Source of the DNA: a virus
Virus record (IMG/VR): IMGVR_UViG_3300045988_158900
Length of the DNA stretch: 37,614 nucleotides
Reading direction: 5' to 3' (one strand)
A program made the position numbers and the translations under genes. This document shows positions 11,094-20,843 of this stretch, in pieces. Numbering within the stretch: the first letter of the stretch is position 1; each line of letters opens with the position of its first letter. The notes beneath the pieces are model-generated. The model worked only from the letters and a program-made list of their open reading frames with translations, did not search any database and had not been told where the DNA came from.

Positions 11094-12644
11094 ATTACTA
11101 CTTCCTGAATTATTTTGTGTTTTATTCTAATTGTTTGAACCTTTATTACCCAAAACATCTTGACTACTCATAGTAGAAGACATTAATGGTGGGATCATAA
11201 TTTCAGTTAATTTCAACACATCATTTTCAAATACCGCAGTATTTAAAATAAAACTCTAAGAGTGACCAAGAGCAATTTGAGGTAGCATCTTAGAATAACC
11301 AAGTTGCGTCTGTTCTTTATATAATTTTGACATTTCTTTATAATTATATTGTGTAGTTTCAAGCATATAAAATTTAAAACTATATTTCTTATTGTTCGCA
11401 ACTTTCATCTTTACTATTCTATCAAAAAAAATGTTAAATTGCAACAACAAGTTTCTAACAGTTGATTCATCATTAAGAATAGACTTCTCTAATGATAAAT
11501 TACCATCAGTATTAAATAGATTTTGAGAAATGCCTAAATTATTATAAACAGTACGTTCAACTTTTGCTAAATCATCTGTAGTAGTTGTAGTATTTTTATC
11601 TGATAAATCAATAGATTGAACATCAGTAAATGTTGTTAAAACATCAACACCAATAGCTCTTGATAACATAGCAACAGCATTATTATGTATGTCACGAGAT
11701 TCATCAATATCAAATATTAAATCGCCATTTTTATCCATCGGAAGTTTTTGAACAATAATTTTTAACAACTTCTACATTTGTTTTCTGCGGTCTAAATCTT
11801 GAGCAGCATCTAAATCCATAAGAGCAGGGATAGAATTAATAAATGGTGGGGCATCACTACCATTAAAATTAAATTTCACACTTAATTCTGGAGATAGTAA
11901 ATACCAACTTCCACTATAATCTCCCTTAATATCAGGAAGTAATTTTCCTTTCTTATATAAAATATATCCGCGCTAAAATTCTTCGGGGAATAATTTTAAT
12001 ACGCGCATACGATAATTAGGATCTGGAAACTAATCAAAAAACCGCATATCAAACTCAATTGCTGGCATACCAGCCACAAAGTATCTAGAACGGCAATAAC
12101 TAGCAGGTAATTCTTGTAACATTAAGCTATTTGCAGATTGTACTATATATCCATAATAACAACCATTTTTCATAATACTTTGAGCAATATCACCGCAGAT
12201 TTTTTTAATATAAGTATTATCTAAATAATTTAATAATTTTGAAAAATCTTTTAAAACTTTTTCATCTTTTACTGTATCGTCTAAAATCTCTGGAGCAACA
12301 TACCAATCATATCTATACAAATAAGCAAAATAATTACATACTCGCTCATAAATACCGCTAATATCATAAAATAAATTAGAAATTCTACGCATTTCAACAA
12401 TATCACGATTTATCATAGCTCGTAATACATCATTTTTAGTGACCATGCGACATGGTCCACGACGATTAGGATATAGCCGAGCAAATGACCCTAAATCTAA
12501 TACAGCATCATCTAATGTTTGAACCCCAACTTTTATTTTACGATATTCTGTTGGATCAGCAGTTCGATAATCACTTGTTCCATTGCTGATATTAAATCCT
12601 TTGGAGTGGATGATTTCCTAACGTGATAATTCTTTAGTATCCAA
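11094..12644 (-). CDS. Portal protein candidate, about 516 aa, with at least 3 in-frame TAG and a TTG start
   Basis: RBS AAGGAGGTGGAATT-TTG at 12644. Track ORFs 12030..12446 and 11256..11768 are in-frame fragments. The frame continues through TAG codons to TAA at 11094. Position between terminase and scaffold. Confidence 0.45.
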
Positions 12645-12656
12645 AATTCCACCTCC

Positions 12657-13013
12657 TTAATATCCAGCTAATTGCATTATATAATCATATGTAATAAGAT
12701 TTTCATCTGTATAAGGAATCTCTATTAATTTAAAATCGTGTAAAGCACAAAAACGTCGTTTTTGATTATCATTATATTGTTGTTGATATAAACCTTTTTT
12801 ACCACCAAATTTCGCGCTAGGCTCATAGTGCTATTTACCCTAATATTCAATAATAAAATCAATTCTACCATCATCATCAAAAACGACAAAATCGAAACGT
12901 AAGGGTCTGCCACTTGGTGCCTTCAAATCTGGGAAAATATACTCCATCTTAAACGGTAATTCAGCTTGTCGCAAAATCTCTTCAATTTTAATTTCGCCTC
13001 TAGACGCTCTCAT
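12657..13013 (-). CDS. Small PD-(D/E)xK endonuclease (DUF559/Vsr-like), 118 aa, with 2 in-frame TAG
   Basis: Translation MRASRGEIKIEEILRQAELPFKMEYIFPDLKAPSGRPLRFDFVVFDDDGRIDFIIEYQGKQHY... carries the RFDF..(8-10)..IEYxGxQHY signature of DUF559/Vsr-type endonucleases. It is inserted between terminase and portal like a free-standing homing-type nuclease. Confidence 0.5.
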
Positions 13014-13023
13014 AATTACCTCC

Positions 13024-14757
13024 TCAATTCAAGAAACACCAATCTTTAGCATTAAACTTTTTACGTTTCTTCTTTTTATCTTCTTCTAATTTTAAATAAT
13101 ATAGTCCATATTCAAAAGCAGAAAATTTATCTTTTCGGATACTTTTATTTGCTTGCTTCAGGATAATATTTACTCCTTCAGTTTCTTCACGCAAATTCAT
13201 CATTTCTTCTTTTAATATGGAAGTTAATGTAAATGGTTTTAATTCTTCTGCCCTCTATTCTGGAGTCATAGTTTGACCTTTCTTTTTAGCAAGAAGTTTA
13301 TTTTTTGCTACGCGTTCATCAATTAAAAATTTTACTTTTCCAGAAGCAAGTTGTGATTTAGCAATCGCATGGGCCTCTGTATTAAGCGGCGCATTAGCTT
13401 TTATAATATACATAGCATCTAATACTGTATTAGATGTTTTATATTTTTTATAAAATAAATCATCATCATTAACAACACCAAAATCAGGGAAAATTTCATT
13501 AGTTTCAGGATCAATCTATGTCTTAACCATATAATCAATTAAACCAATTCCCAAACCATTACCATCAATTACAATTCTATCAGCGTTATATTTATAATAT
13601 AATTTTTTTAATTTAATAGTTTGGTCTTCAAAGTGTTCATCAGATAATGTATATATATTCACTAGACTTTTAATCGAGCCACCTTGTGATTGTGGAGTTA
13701 CTTTAAATATACAAATAACTGAATCGCATCCTTTACGACCAACGTCGACAGCAAGTACATAAGATGCTAATTTTGAATTACGCCCAGACGCTTCATATTC
13801 AGGCTAATTTAATATTCTATTTCTGTCAAATATTTCAGCATTAAAAAATGCATCTTCTACAGTGCCAGACCATTTACTTTCATACTCTCGGTCAAATGAA
13901 CTTTCATTGAACGTTCCATCCATTTTTAAGTCTTTAATAAAATTCGCATCTAATAATTTCATTAAAACAGGAATACGATAAGTACCACCCATAATAATAG
14001 ATTGCTAAGGTTTAACAATCTCCCAAACTAATAATTGGATTAATTTATCATAGGGGAAAGTATTTTTATATCCAGCAGTAGTAATATAAATTTGAGATTT
14101 ATTAAGAGTTTCATCAGGTTGAGTAGTACCATCCATACACATACGAGAAATATTCATTGTAGGAATAATAACTTGTGATAAAATATCACCATCAACACCA
14201 ACGCACTCTTCAATTAAACCACCATGGCGACGTTTACCACGAGAAGACTCTCTTGCGGCAATATTATCAAAATATGAACCATTTTTAAATACATATTTAA
14301 CATAATCTTTGCCTTCAAGTGTCTAACCACGGTGCCAATCTATTTCTTTCTAAAATGCAGGAATAAGAGTACAAATTTCTTGAACTTTTTCTTTTACAAT
14401 TCCAGCCGCTTGCTCTTTACCACCAGAAGTAATAAATAATTTACATCTAGGATATAGAATCGCACGACACATTAAGACCATTATTGATAAAAAAGATTTT
14501 GAATAAGCACGAGGGAATACAGCATAAATATATTTATGACGCATCGCAGCGCGCAAAAAAATTCTCTAATAAAAATAGAGTTTAAAATGTTGAGGGCCAC
14601 CATCAGGTCCTGCCATAAAGTCGATAAACATATCTGGATATTCTCTCCAAAAGGCTATGTACTATCTTGCTTCTGGTATAATCGCACGAAGACGGTCCTC
14701 TGAAATTCCAATCTTTTTACGCTTCTAAGATAAATCAAGTAAATCCTATAAAGCCAT
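13024..14757 (-). CDS. terL: Terminase large subunit, about 577 aa, with about 10 in-frame TAG
   Basis: ATG at 14757 follows the upstream stop. Track fragments 14350..14556 and 13804..13992 are in the same frame. Hand translation shows a P-loop-like segment (YAVFPRAYSKSF) and RNaseH-like nuclease acidic segments (VLAVDVGRKGCD, IVIDGNGLGIG). The 3-prime end (TGA near 13024) is uncertain by a few nt. Confidence 0.75.
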
Positions 14758-14758
14758 A

Positions 14759-15955
14759 TTATCCTTCTAAATTCCTTAAAGTCTGAGCATCTATTTCAGA
14801 CTCTTCCTCAAGGAAATCATTATATTCAATTAAATCTTCATCTTTAAGATGATCGATTTCTTCCATCGTTAAATCTTCTTCAATATCTTGGTCTTCTTCT
14901 TTATTTTCTTCTTCTTGCATTTTCTTAATAGCCCCTTCAATGAGATTACCTAGATTCATCTCTTCGGTGACTAATGTATGTGTATAGTTCTTTAAATCTT
15001 GTAGAGTTTCGTCAACTTTATCTTTTGGACCTTCTGTATAATACCGAGGAATAAATCCTTCAGTCTCACACATGGCCACTAATTCTCCAATAGAATCAAA
15101 TGCTTCTCCTGTATCTGCTTTATTTTGAGCGGCGGTGAAATTACCTGATTTCATTAGACTATCATAAACCTTGCTCATCTTTTGGAAACCTTCGATATCA
15201 CCAATATCGATCAACTAGTTTGCTTTTAAGGATGTCTTACAAATTAATTTTAATGTATCAATATGACCAGCGCCGCGGATATCATAAGAACTCATCATTT
15301 CTTCATAGAGTTGCTCTAGTTTAACCCATTCTTCGGGTTTATATGCTTTACCCCACTTCATACGAAGATATAAAATATCTTCTTCTGTTAAATCGAGGCC
15401 ATCTGCTGGGTCATGCTCAATACCATTCTATTGATCAAAATAATCATCACCATCTCTAAAACGTTCAGGCAATTCAGGAGTATAAGGTTTTAATTCTTCT
15501 TCTGGAATAGCGACAGTAGATTTAGCAATAGCTGTTGCTATTTGCTAAGCATCATATCCTTGACGTTTCATAGTTTGCTCTAATTTATTATTAGCCACTT
15601 CCTATAAAAACTCAGAATCTTTCCATCGATAATCTTTATATTGTTTAAGTTTCATTTTGGACAAATATCTACCTAAAATACTCATACCAGTTAATTTAGA
15701 TTTATCTTGTCCATATTTTACCATTAATTTACTCCACTCATCTGGAACATAAGGTACATCAATTTCTTGTAGAATCCACATATAAGTTTCTGGATTCCAG
15801 TTATCTACAAGCATTGTAATACATTTTTTACATTGAGGGAGTTTTCCATCATTTGGATATTTTTCTAAGTTATTAGATGTATAAAACTGGTCAGCGCCCA
15901 TAGTTCTATTACATCGTTCACAATAATATACTTTTTTATCATTATCTACAGTCAT
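14759..15955 (-). CDS. Zinc-ribbon plus acidic C-terminal protein, 398 aa, with 4 in-frame TAG (terminase small subunit or DNA-packaging accessory candidate)
   Basis: Track ORFs 15602..15955 (CxxC...CxxC) and 14759..15214 (acidic) share a frame and are joined by a TAG-only stretch. RBS AGGAGGAAAATT-ATG. It lies immediately upstream of terL. Confidence 0.45.
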
Positions 15956-15997
15956 AATTTTCCTCCTTATATCTATCCAATAACAGGCATCTCAAAA

Positions 15998-17062
15998 TTA
16001 TAACTGTTTGCCCTTGTTTTTGGCATTGCGGCATTTTTTACAAATACTGTAATAACCATCTTTGCTGGTTTTATTTTTGCTAAAATATTTATTATGTGCT
16101 AATTTAATTTGCCCACAACGGCTACATTTTTTATATTTACCTTTTGCTTTATGTAAATAATAATCATATAGGTATTGGTCTTCAGCCGCAGAGGCGATTA
16201 GTTTTGGAATTTTATTACGCCATAAACTAGAAATATATTCTAAACTATGAGTAATATTAAATTCCTTTTGAATTTTCTTTTGAATGTCTATATTCTATAA
16301 TCCATCAATTTTATATTCAACTATTCTATCATATAAGGGATAATCTTTAAGAGCAATGGTACATAAATTATCGAAATCTTCCATAATATACCATAAATCT
16401 CTTTCAAAATCTCCCCAACTATCTTGCTTTAAACGAGAATAATTACATAAAATTGCAGAACATACTCTAGGGTCTAATAGTGAAACGCCATCCGGGATTG
16501 GATAACCATCATCATCAAAAATGCAAGTCGTGTCCTCTAATGGAATAAAATTTCTTGAACGAGTAATTTTAGTCATAACAATTGGACGACGAACTGCATT
16601 TTTAATAACATACTAATCTTTACGCATTTCAATAATAGCACGTTTAATTATAAATGCCTCGCGTCCTTCGCTAACTCGTAATTTGGCTTCCCAAGTAGTA
16701 ATGGCGTCTCTTAACTATTTTAAATGAGGTATTTCTTCTATATCTTTTTTAGTAATTGTAATTTTAGGCTAAAATATTGTATTTTTATTTTCAGTAATTA
16801 AATTATAAATTCCATCTTCGCCATTCTCAAATTGGGAAACAAGACCTTCAAAAGATGTTTCACGTTTATTAACTGTTGCCATACGATTATCAGTTAATAA
16901 TTTACGCTCCTTTTTCTCTTGTTTCTCCATACAAAGAATGATATAGTCCCCTAATATTTCTAAATATCGAGGAGAGGGGTCTGGGGTTTCCTCTAATATT
17001 TTCTTGACTAATTCATTTCTTTCTTCTGGAGTTTGTAAGGAATAGTCTAATTTTATCATCAT
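15998..17062 (-). CDS. First gene of the late operon, 354 aa with a C-terminal CxxC..CxxC zinc ribbon, about 4 in-frame TAG
   Basis: Track ORFs 16769..17062 and 16295..16576 share a frame. The TAG-only linker was translated by hand. Stop is TAA at 15998. Function unknown (regulator or packaging candidate). Confidence 0.45.
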
Positions 17063-17087
17063 TACCTCCAGATTTTTTTACGTCTTC

Positions 17088-17116
17088 ATTATACAAAAAA
17101 TTTTTCCAGGTGTCAA
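17088..17116 (-). promoter_or_regulatory. Late-operon promoter (sigma-70/sigma-A consensus with extended -10)
   Basis: Minus strand TTGACA(17111-17116)-N17-TGTATAAT(17088-17095), upstream of the first late gene. Confidence 0.55.
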
Positions 17117-17171
17117 ATTTTAATAAATGCATTTAAAAAATTTTTAGACAATACTATTAATTGGGAAAAAT

Positions 17172-17200
17172 TTGACAATAAAAAAAATTTTTTGTATTAT
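17172..17200 (+). promoter_or_regulatory. Divergent promoter for the plus-strand small-gene block
   Basis: TTGACA at 17172, an AT-rich 17-nt spacer, then TATTAT/TATAAT-like -10, followed by AAAAGGAG RBS and ATG at 17231. Confidence 0.45.
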
Positions 17201-17230
17201 TATTATAATAAAAAATAAAAGGAGAAGTTT

Positions 17231-17629
17231 ATGGTAATTGCTATTATTATATTAAGTATATTATTAATATTATCTATTATATATAATATATTATTTACAA
17301 AAGGAGTCGCTAAACTTCTTGATCCTGAAAACATTGAACAAAAATATAATTTAATAGCAGATTATTATGGAGATGCAAATAACATTGAAGAAAGTTTTCC
17401 TTGTTGTTTACTATTACATCTCCAATTTAATGCGAAGGAATCCACAAAAATCACAGACTTCTCTAATTATGAAAATTCTAATATAATCGCTTATTCAGTT
17501 TTGTCCAAGGGCCCACCACCACCTGGATACGCCAATCAATTAGAAGAAGACGGCTCTATAAGAATATTAGTCCGCAATGTTCGAGTAAATAAATATAAGG
17601 ATGGTGAATATTTTTGGGAGCCTATGTAA
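17231..17629 (+). CDS. Membrane-anchored protein, 132 aa (N-terminal TM helix)
   Basis: Complete track ORF with RBS AAAAGGAG and a hydrophobic N-terminus MVIAIIILSILLILSIIYNILF. Confidence 0.6.
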   Translation: MVIAIIILSILLILSIIYNILFTKGVAKLLDPENIEQKYNLIADYYGDANNIEESFPCCLLLHLQFNAKESTKITDFSNYENSNIIAYSVLSKGPPPPGYANQLEEDGSIRILVRNVRVNKYKDGEYFWEPM

Positions 17630-17820
17630 TTGTTATCTTTTGGATAATCATTTCAGCATTAGTAATGTTTGAATATATTGATGCAATTCAAAGCGCCGGT
17701 GAAAATAAATTAATTGTTTGTTTAATATTTTTTATTGGTGGCCCAATATTCGCTGCGAGTGATTTATTACAAAGAATTTTAGATATATTTTTACCAGAAG
17801 GGTGGAATGGTGATGACTGA
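17614..17820 (+). CDS. Small two-TM membrane protein, 68 aa (holin-like topology, TTG start)
   Basis: Track ORF with two hydrophobic segments and a charged C-terminus. Overlaps the upstream gene end. The function call rests on topology only. Confidence 0.4.
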   Translation: MGAYVIVIFWIIISALVMFEYIDAIQSAGENKLIVCLIFFIGGPIFAASDLLQRILDIFLPEGWNGDD

Positions 17821-17839
17821 AAAATAGATTAAATATATT

Positions 17840-18139
17840 TTGAAAAATTTTAAACGAGGCACTACTATTCTATTTATGGGTGTATCATTTAATCAATATA
17901 TTAATCTTGAACAATTAACTGAAGCAGGATATACTTGTATCCTATTAGGTGAAGGCCAAGATTATTGGCCATATATTCAAGATAATATGATTATTTATGT
18001 GGATAATATTGATATTAAAATTATGCGATTAAATTGTTATCCATTACATTGTCCAATTTTTGTATATGATAAAAATCGAGTAATGAATGCAGAAAATAGA
18101 GACGTGCGCGTTTGGGCAGAAGTGTTAAAAGAGGAGTAA
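17840..18139 (+). CDS. Hypothetical protein, 99 aa
   Basis: Complete track ORF in the standard code, with RBS AAACGAGG. Confidence 0.5.
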   Translation: MKNFKRGTTILFMGVSFNQYINLEQLTEAGYTCILLGEGQDYWPYIQDNMIIYVDNIDIKIMRLNCYPLHCPIFVYDKNRVMNAENRDVRVWAEVLKEE

Positions 18140-18140
18140 T

Positions 18141-18434
18141 ATGAAAATTTATAAATATTTAATTGAAACTCCAGGGTCAACTCATATTATGGACCATTTG
18201 ACTGATATTGTATCTACTGGATTAGACGTAAATAATAATCCATGTGTATGGGCAGTTTATGATGAAAAAGCACCCAAAAAATATTTTCAAATTAATGCTG
18301 TTGGTACAGGTTGGGAATTGGATAAATATGTAAATAATAATGACAAGTATTTAGGAGTTATTAATGATGGTGAGTATATTTGGCATATCATTAAATCCTC
18401 TGGAGAAAAATGTCATATAATGGAGGAGAAGTGA
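18141..18434 (+). CDS. Hypothetical protein, 97 aa
   Basis: Complete track ORF with RBS AAAGAGGAG and ATG overlapping the upstream TAA. Confidence 0.5.
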   Translation: MKIYKYLIETPGSTHIMDHLTDIVSTGLDVNNNPCVWAVYDEKAPKKYFQINAVGTGWELDKYVNNNDKYLGVINDGEYIWHIIKSSGEKCHIMEEK

Positions 18435-18438
18435 TTTT

Positions 18439-18756
18439 ATGGAAGATGGAAAAAATTATTTTGATATTGTAATGCGAGAAGGCCAAGCGATAGTTCATAA
18501 TGAGGGTTCTATTCATTAGGTTGATAGTTTAGGCCGCCTTGTTTTTCCTAAAAATTTAAGACAAAAATATGGTATTGCTCCTGGTGACCGCATGGAATTT
18601 TATACTATTGAATATAATGATGAAGTTTATGTTGGAGTGCGAGTGAGTAAACGATATGGTAGTAGAATAGAGTATTTACGCGCTAAAGAGGTATTAGATG
18701 ATTTAGGAATCGAAATTCCTCAAAAACTAACTGATGCTATTAATGGAGTAATGTAA
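18439..18756 (+). CDS. AbrB/MazE/SpoVT-family (swapped-hairpin) transcriptional regulator, 105 aa, with one in-frame TAG at 18517-18519
   Basis: After the TAG the frame reads VDSLGRLVFPKNLRQKYGIAPGDRMEFYTIEYNDE, which matches the AbrB N-domain core (VDELGRVVIPIELRRTLGI..D.LEIY). The TAG lies inside the domain N-terminus, 26 codons after the ATG. No alternative in-frame start exists downstream of it. Confidence 0.6.
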
Positions 18757-18757
18757 T

Positions 18758-18901
18758 ATGCCTAAGTATAAAAGTTTTGGAAATGCCCTCGCTGCTAAAA
18801 TGCAGAAAAAGGCTAATTATTATGCTACTAAAGCAGTTCATCAAATTGTATGGGGTGAAAACCCTAAACGTGGTCGCCCTAAAAAGGAGGATAAAAAATG
18901 A
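18758..18901 (+). CDS. Small basic protein, 47 aa
   Basis: ATG at 18758, 2 nt after the AbrB-like stop. K/R-rich C-terminus. Stop TGA overlaps the next ATG (ATGA). Confidence 0.4.
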   Translation: MPKYKSFGNALAAKMQKKANYYATKAVHQIVWGENPKRGRPKKEDKK

Positions 18902-18981
18902 TTCTTGAAGCATTAGCATTAATAGGATTAATTTTATTTTTTCCTATCTGGTTTTTTAGTAGAAATAAAATTAAAAAGTAA
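18898..18981 (+). CDS. 27-aa hydrophobic peptide
   Basis: RBS AAGGAGGATAAAAA-ATG. Sequence MILEALALIGLILFFPIWFFSRNKIKK. Confidence 0.35.
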   Translation: MILEALALIGLILFFPIWFFSRNKIKK

Positions 18982-18985
18982 TTCT

Positions 18986-19034
18986 TACCATTATCTGAAT
19001 TGAAAAATATTCTACCGTTATCTGAATTAAAAAA
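18986..19034. repeat. Two 22-bp direct repeats (TACCATTATCTGAATTGAAAAA / TACCGTTATCTGAATTAAAAAA) at the left edge of the GC-rich island
   Basis: Visible direct repeat spaced 27 bp apart. Confidence 0.6.
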
Positions 19035-19355
19035 AGTTTTGGTGAGAGTTTGTACCAGCCAAACAAAAAAATAAAAATCAAAAAAAATTTTTTCCCGAAA
19101 CCCACCCCCCCCGGTCGGTTTTTATCTGAGAAAAAATCTGAACACTATCGAGGCCTTCTTGGGCTTGGCGCACGCGGAAAGGCTAGACCATCCCCAATAC
19201 AGCCCCTCAACTCACAGGACCGCGAATGGCTGTCGCGGTCCTCATTCGCAATAAATACAAACTCCACAAAAAATCTCTCGCAAATTTGTGTATTCTACCA
19301 ATAGACACGCATCCTGAAACGTGGTATAATAGCATTATCAAAGGAGGAATAGTCT

Positions 19356-19451
19356 ATGTCTATCATCTACAAAATCGTGCGCTTCATCGTTGCGGTCGCC
19401 GCTGTCGCGGGCATTGGCATCTTGATGTGCCTCATCTGCCTCCCTCACTGA
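19356..19451 (+). CDS. 31-aa hydrophobic peptide (MSIIYKIVRFIVAVAAVAGIGILMCLICLPH)
   Basis: Promoter ATAGACA-N17-TGGTATAAT and RBS AAAGGAGGAAT lie upstream. Terminator follows immediately downstream. Confidence 0.5.
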   Translation: MSIIYKIVRFIVAVAAVAGIGILMCLICLPH

Positions 19452-19463
19452 GGGAGGTTTTTT
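19438..19463 (+). terminator. Intrinsic terminator
   Basis: Hairpin CCTCCCTCACTGAGGGAGG followed by TTTTTT. Confidence 0.7.
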
Positions 19464-19474
19464 GTTGCCCTAAG

Positions 19475-20266
19475 ATTGTTAAAAATTTAACGATGTAGCA
19501 AGATTGTTAAAAGATTAACAATGTAGCGAGATTGTTAAATTTTTAACAATCACTCAACCAAGAGAGGACAAGGACACACACGGCATAGTGGACAAGGAGA
19601 GCGAGCCAATGAGCGAGCGACCAACAGACAAAGAGAACAACACACAACACAACACAATGATAGATACATTGTTAATGTATTAACAATGTAGTATAGTAGT
19701 ATGGTATGGTAGTAGATGGGGCAGGGGTGGGCTATGGGTAGTGGGTAGGGAGAGAGAGTAGACCGACAATAAGAGATGCGGACGCGCTTCCCACCGGTCG
19801 GCTCACCGGGAACCGCGCACCACAAATCTAATGTAGGTATTCTATTTCTCTTTTGAGTTCATCATCGTTAACGGCCCTAATCGCCCAAGAATAAGCCCTC
19901 GCACAATTGCCAAACAATACAGCGGCGCAGGCGCTGAACAGCGCGCATCCCGCAACACACAGTCCTCACAGAGGGGCGAGCAAGATTGTTAAAAATTTAA
20001 CAATGTGAGAGCCAAGAGCAAGAGAGTAAGGAGTGCGCTTGCACAGGTAGCAAGGAGGACACGCACGGCACTGTTGATACATTCGCTGACCGAGCAAGAT
20101 TGTTAAAAAATTCACAATGTGTGGATGTAGTGAATGTGCTGTTTAATTGTTAAAAATTTCACATTCGCTGTTGGATGCCGAACACGGTCGCCGCGCTCCT
20201 AACTTCACCACGTTAAAGTGATAAAGAAAAAAAATCGCAAATCCGATTGTTAAAATAATCACAATC
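19475..20266. promoter_or_regulatory. Array of 8 palindromic operator-like sites, consensus ATTGTTAAA-N2-TTTAACAAT, with a ninth copy at 21108-21126
   Basis: Sites at 19475-19494, 19503-19522, 19530-19551 (perfect 10-bp arms), 19666-19689 (ACATTGTTAAT-GT-ATTAACAATGT), 19985-20004, 20099-20118, 20145-20165 and 20246-20266. Several are preceded by GAGCAAG. The whole 19453-20290 region is non-coding. Confidence 0.7.
19718..19750 (+). other. G-quadruplex-forming motif within a C-depleted G/T/A tract
   Basis: Six runs of G3-4 within 33 nt (ATGGGGCAGGGGTGGGCTATGGGTAGTGGGTAGGG). The flanking 19685-19761 stretch has only 2 C. The preceding 19555-19657 stretch has only about 4 T. Confidence 0.5.
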
Positions 20267-20306
20267 TCTGTCCCGAAAATAAATAGGTTATTTTTGAAAA
20301 AACCTC

Positions 20307-20335
20307 TTGACAAATTGCCCTATGTGTGCTACAAT
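20307..20335 (+). promoter_or_regulatory. Consensus promoter (TTGACA-N17-TGcTACAAT)
   Basis: Exact TTGACA at 20307, 17-nt spacer, extended -10. Confidence 0.6.
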
Positions 20336-20365
20336 GATTACAGTAAAACAAAGGAGGACGATACA

Positions 20366-20602
20366 ATGTCTAACATCTATGGAGTCTGCTACACCACGAA
20401 AGAGCCTGTTGTCTACAACAGAGGGACACAGTGGGAGAAAACCTGTTCCGACTTCCTGTTCGTTCAGGCAAACAAGGACAATGGCACAAAGCTGGTGGAT
20501 AAACTGAACGCTATGCTTGCCGAGGGTGTGGAAAAGTACGAACTGCTGGACATGACAAAGATTGACCATTTCTATCTTGACAAGTCCGAGGAAATGTATT
20601 AA
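20366..20602 (+). CDS. Hypothetical small protein, 78 aa
   Basis: RBS AAAGGAGG lies 7 nt before ATG at 20366. The track frame carries a 5-prime extension that lacks an RBS. Confidence 0.6.
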   Translation: MSNIYGVCYTTKEPVVYNRGTQWEKTCSDFLFVQANKDNGTKLVDKLNAMLAEGVEKYELLDMTKIDHFYLDKSEEMY

Positions 20603-20615
20603 GGAGGAAATGACT

Positions 20616-20804
20616 ATGACACGCACTATCGCTAATACCTACATCTGTATCAACGCCGAGGGGCAGACGCTCTCCATCATCGCCCGCACGGGCAACGAAG
20701 CCCACAACATCGCAATAGGGTTTTTGCGGAAAGCCAACATCGTGAGCGTTCGCCGTGTATTCAAGTCCGGCAAGCTGGGCAAGGAAATTCTGAAAATTAA
20801 ATAA
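20616..20804 (+). CDS. Hypothetical small protein, 62 aa
   Basis: RBS AAGGAGG lies 8 nt before ATG at 20616. Terminator follows. Confidence 0.55.
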   Translation: MTRTIANTYICINAEGQTLSIIARTGNEAHNIAIGFLRKANIVSVRRVFKSGKLGKEILKIK

Positions 20805-20808
20805 CATA

Positions 20809-20834
20809 AACAGGGCGCAAGCCCTGTTTATTTT
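20809..20834 (+). terminator. Intrinsic terminator
   Basis: Hairpin AACAGGGCGCAAGCCCTGTT followed by TTATTTT. Confidence 0.7.
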
Positions 20835-20843
20835 GAAAAAACT

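Noticed and set aside
17614-17820. Holin/lysis cassette call for the small membrane proteins at 17231-17820
   Set aside because: Topology alone is insufficient. No endolysin domain is adjacent, and the block lies upstream of the packaging genes rather than after the tail genes. Kept as generic membrane proteins.
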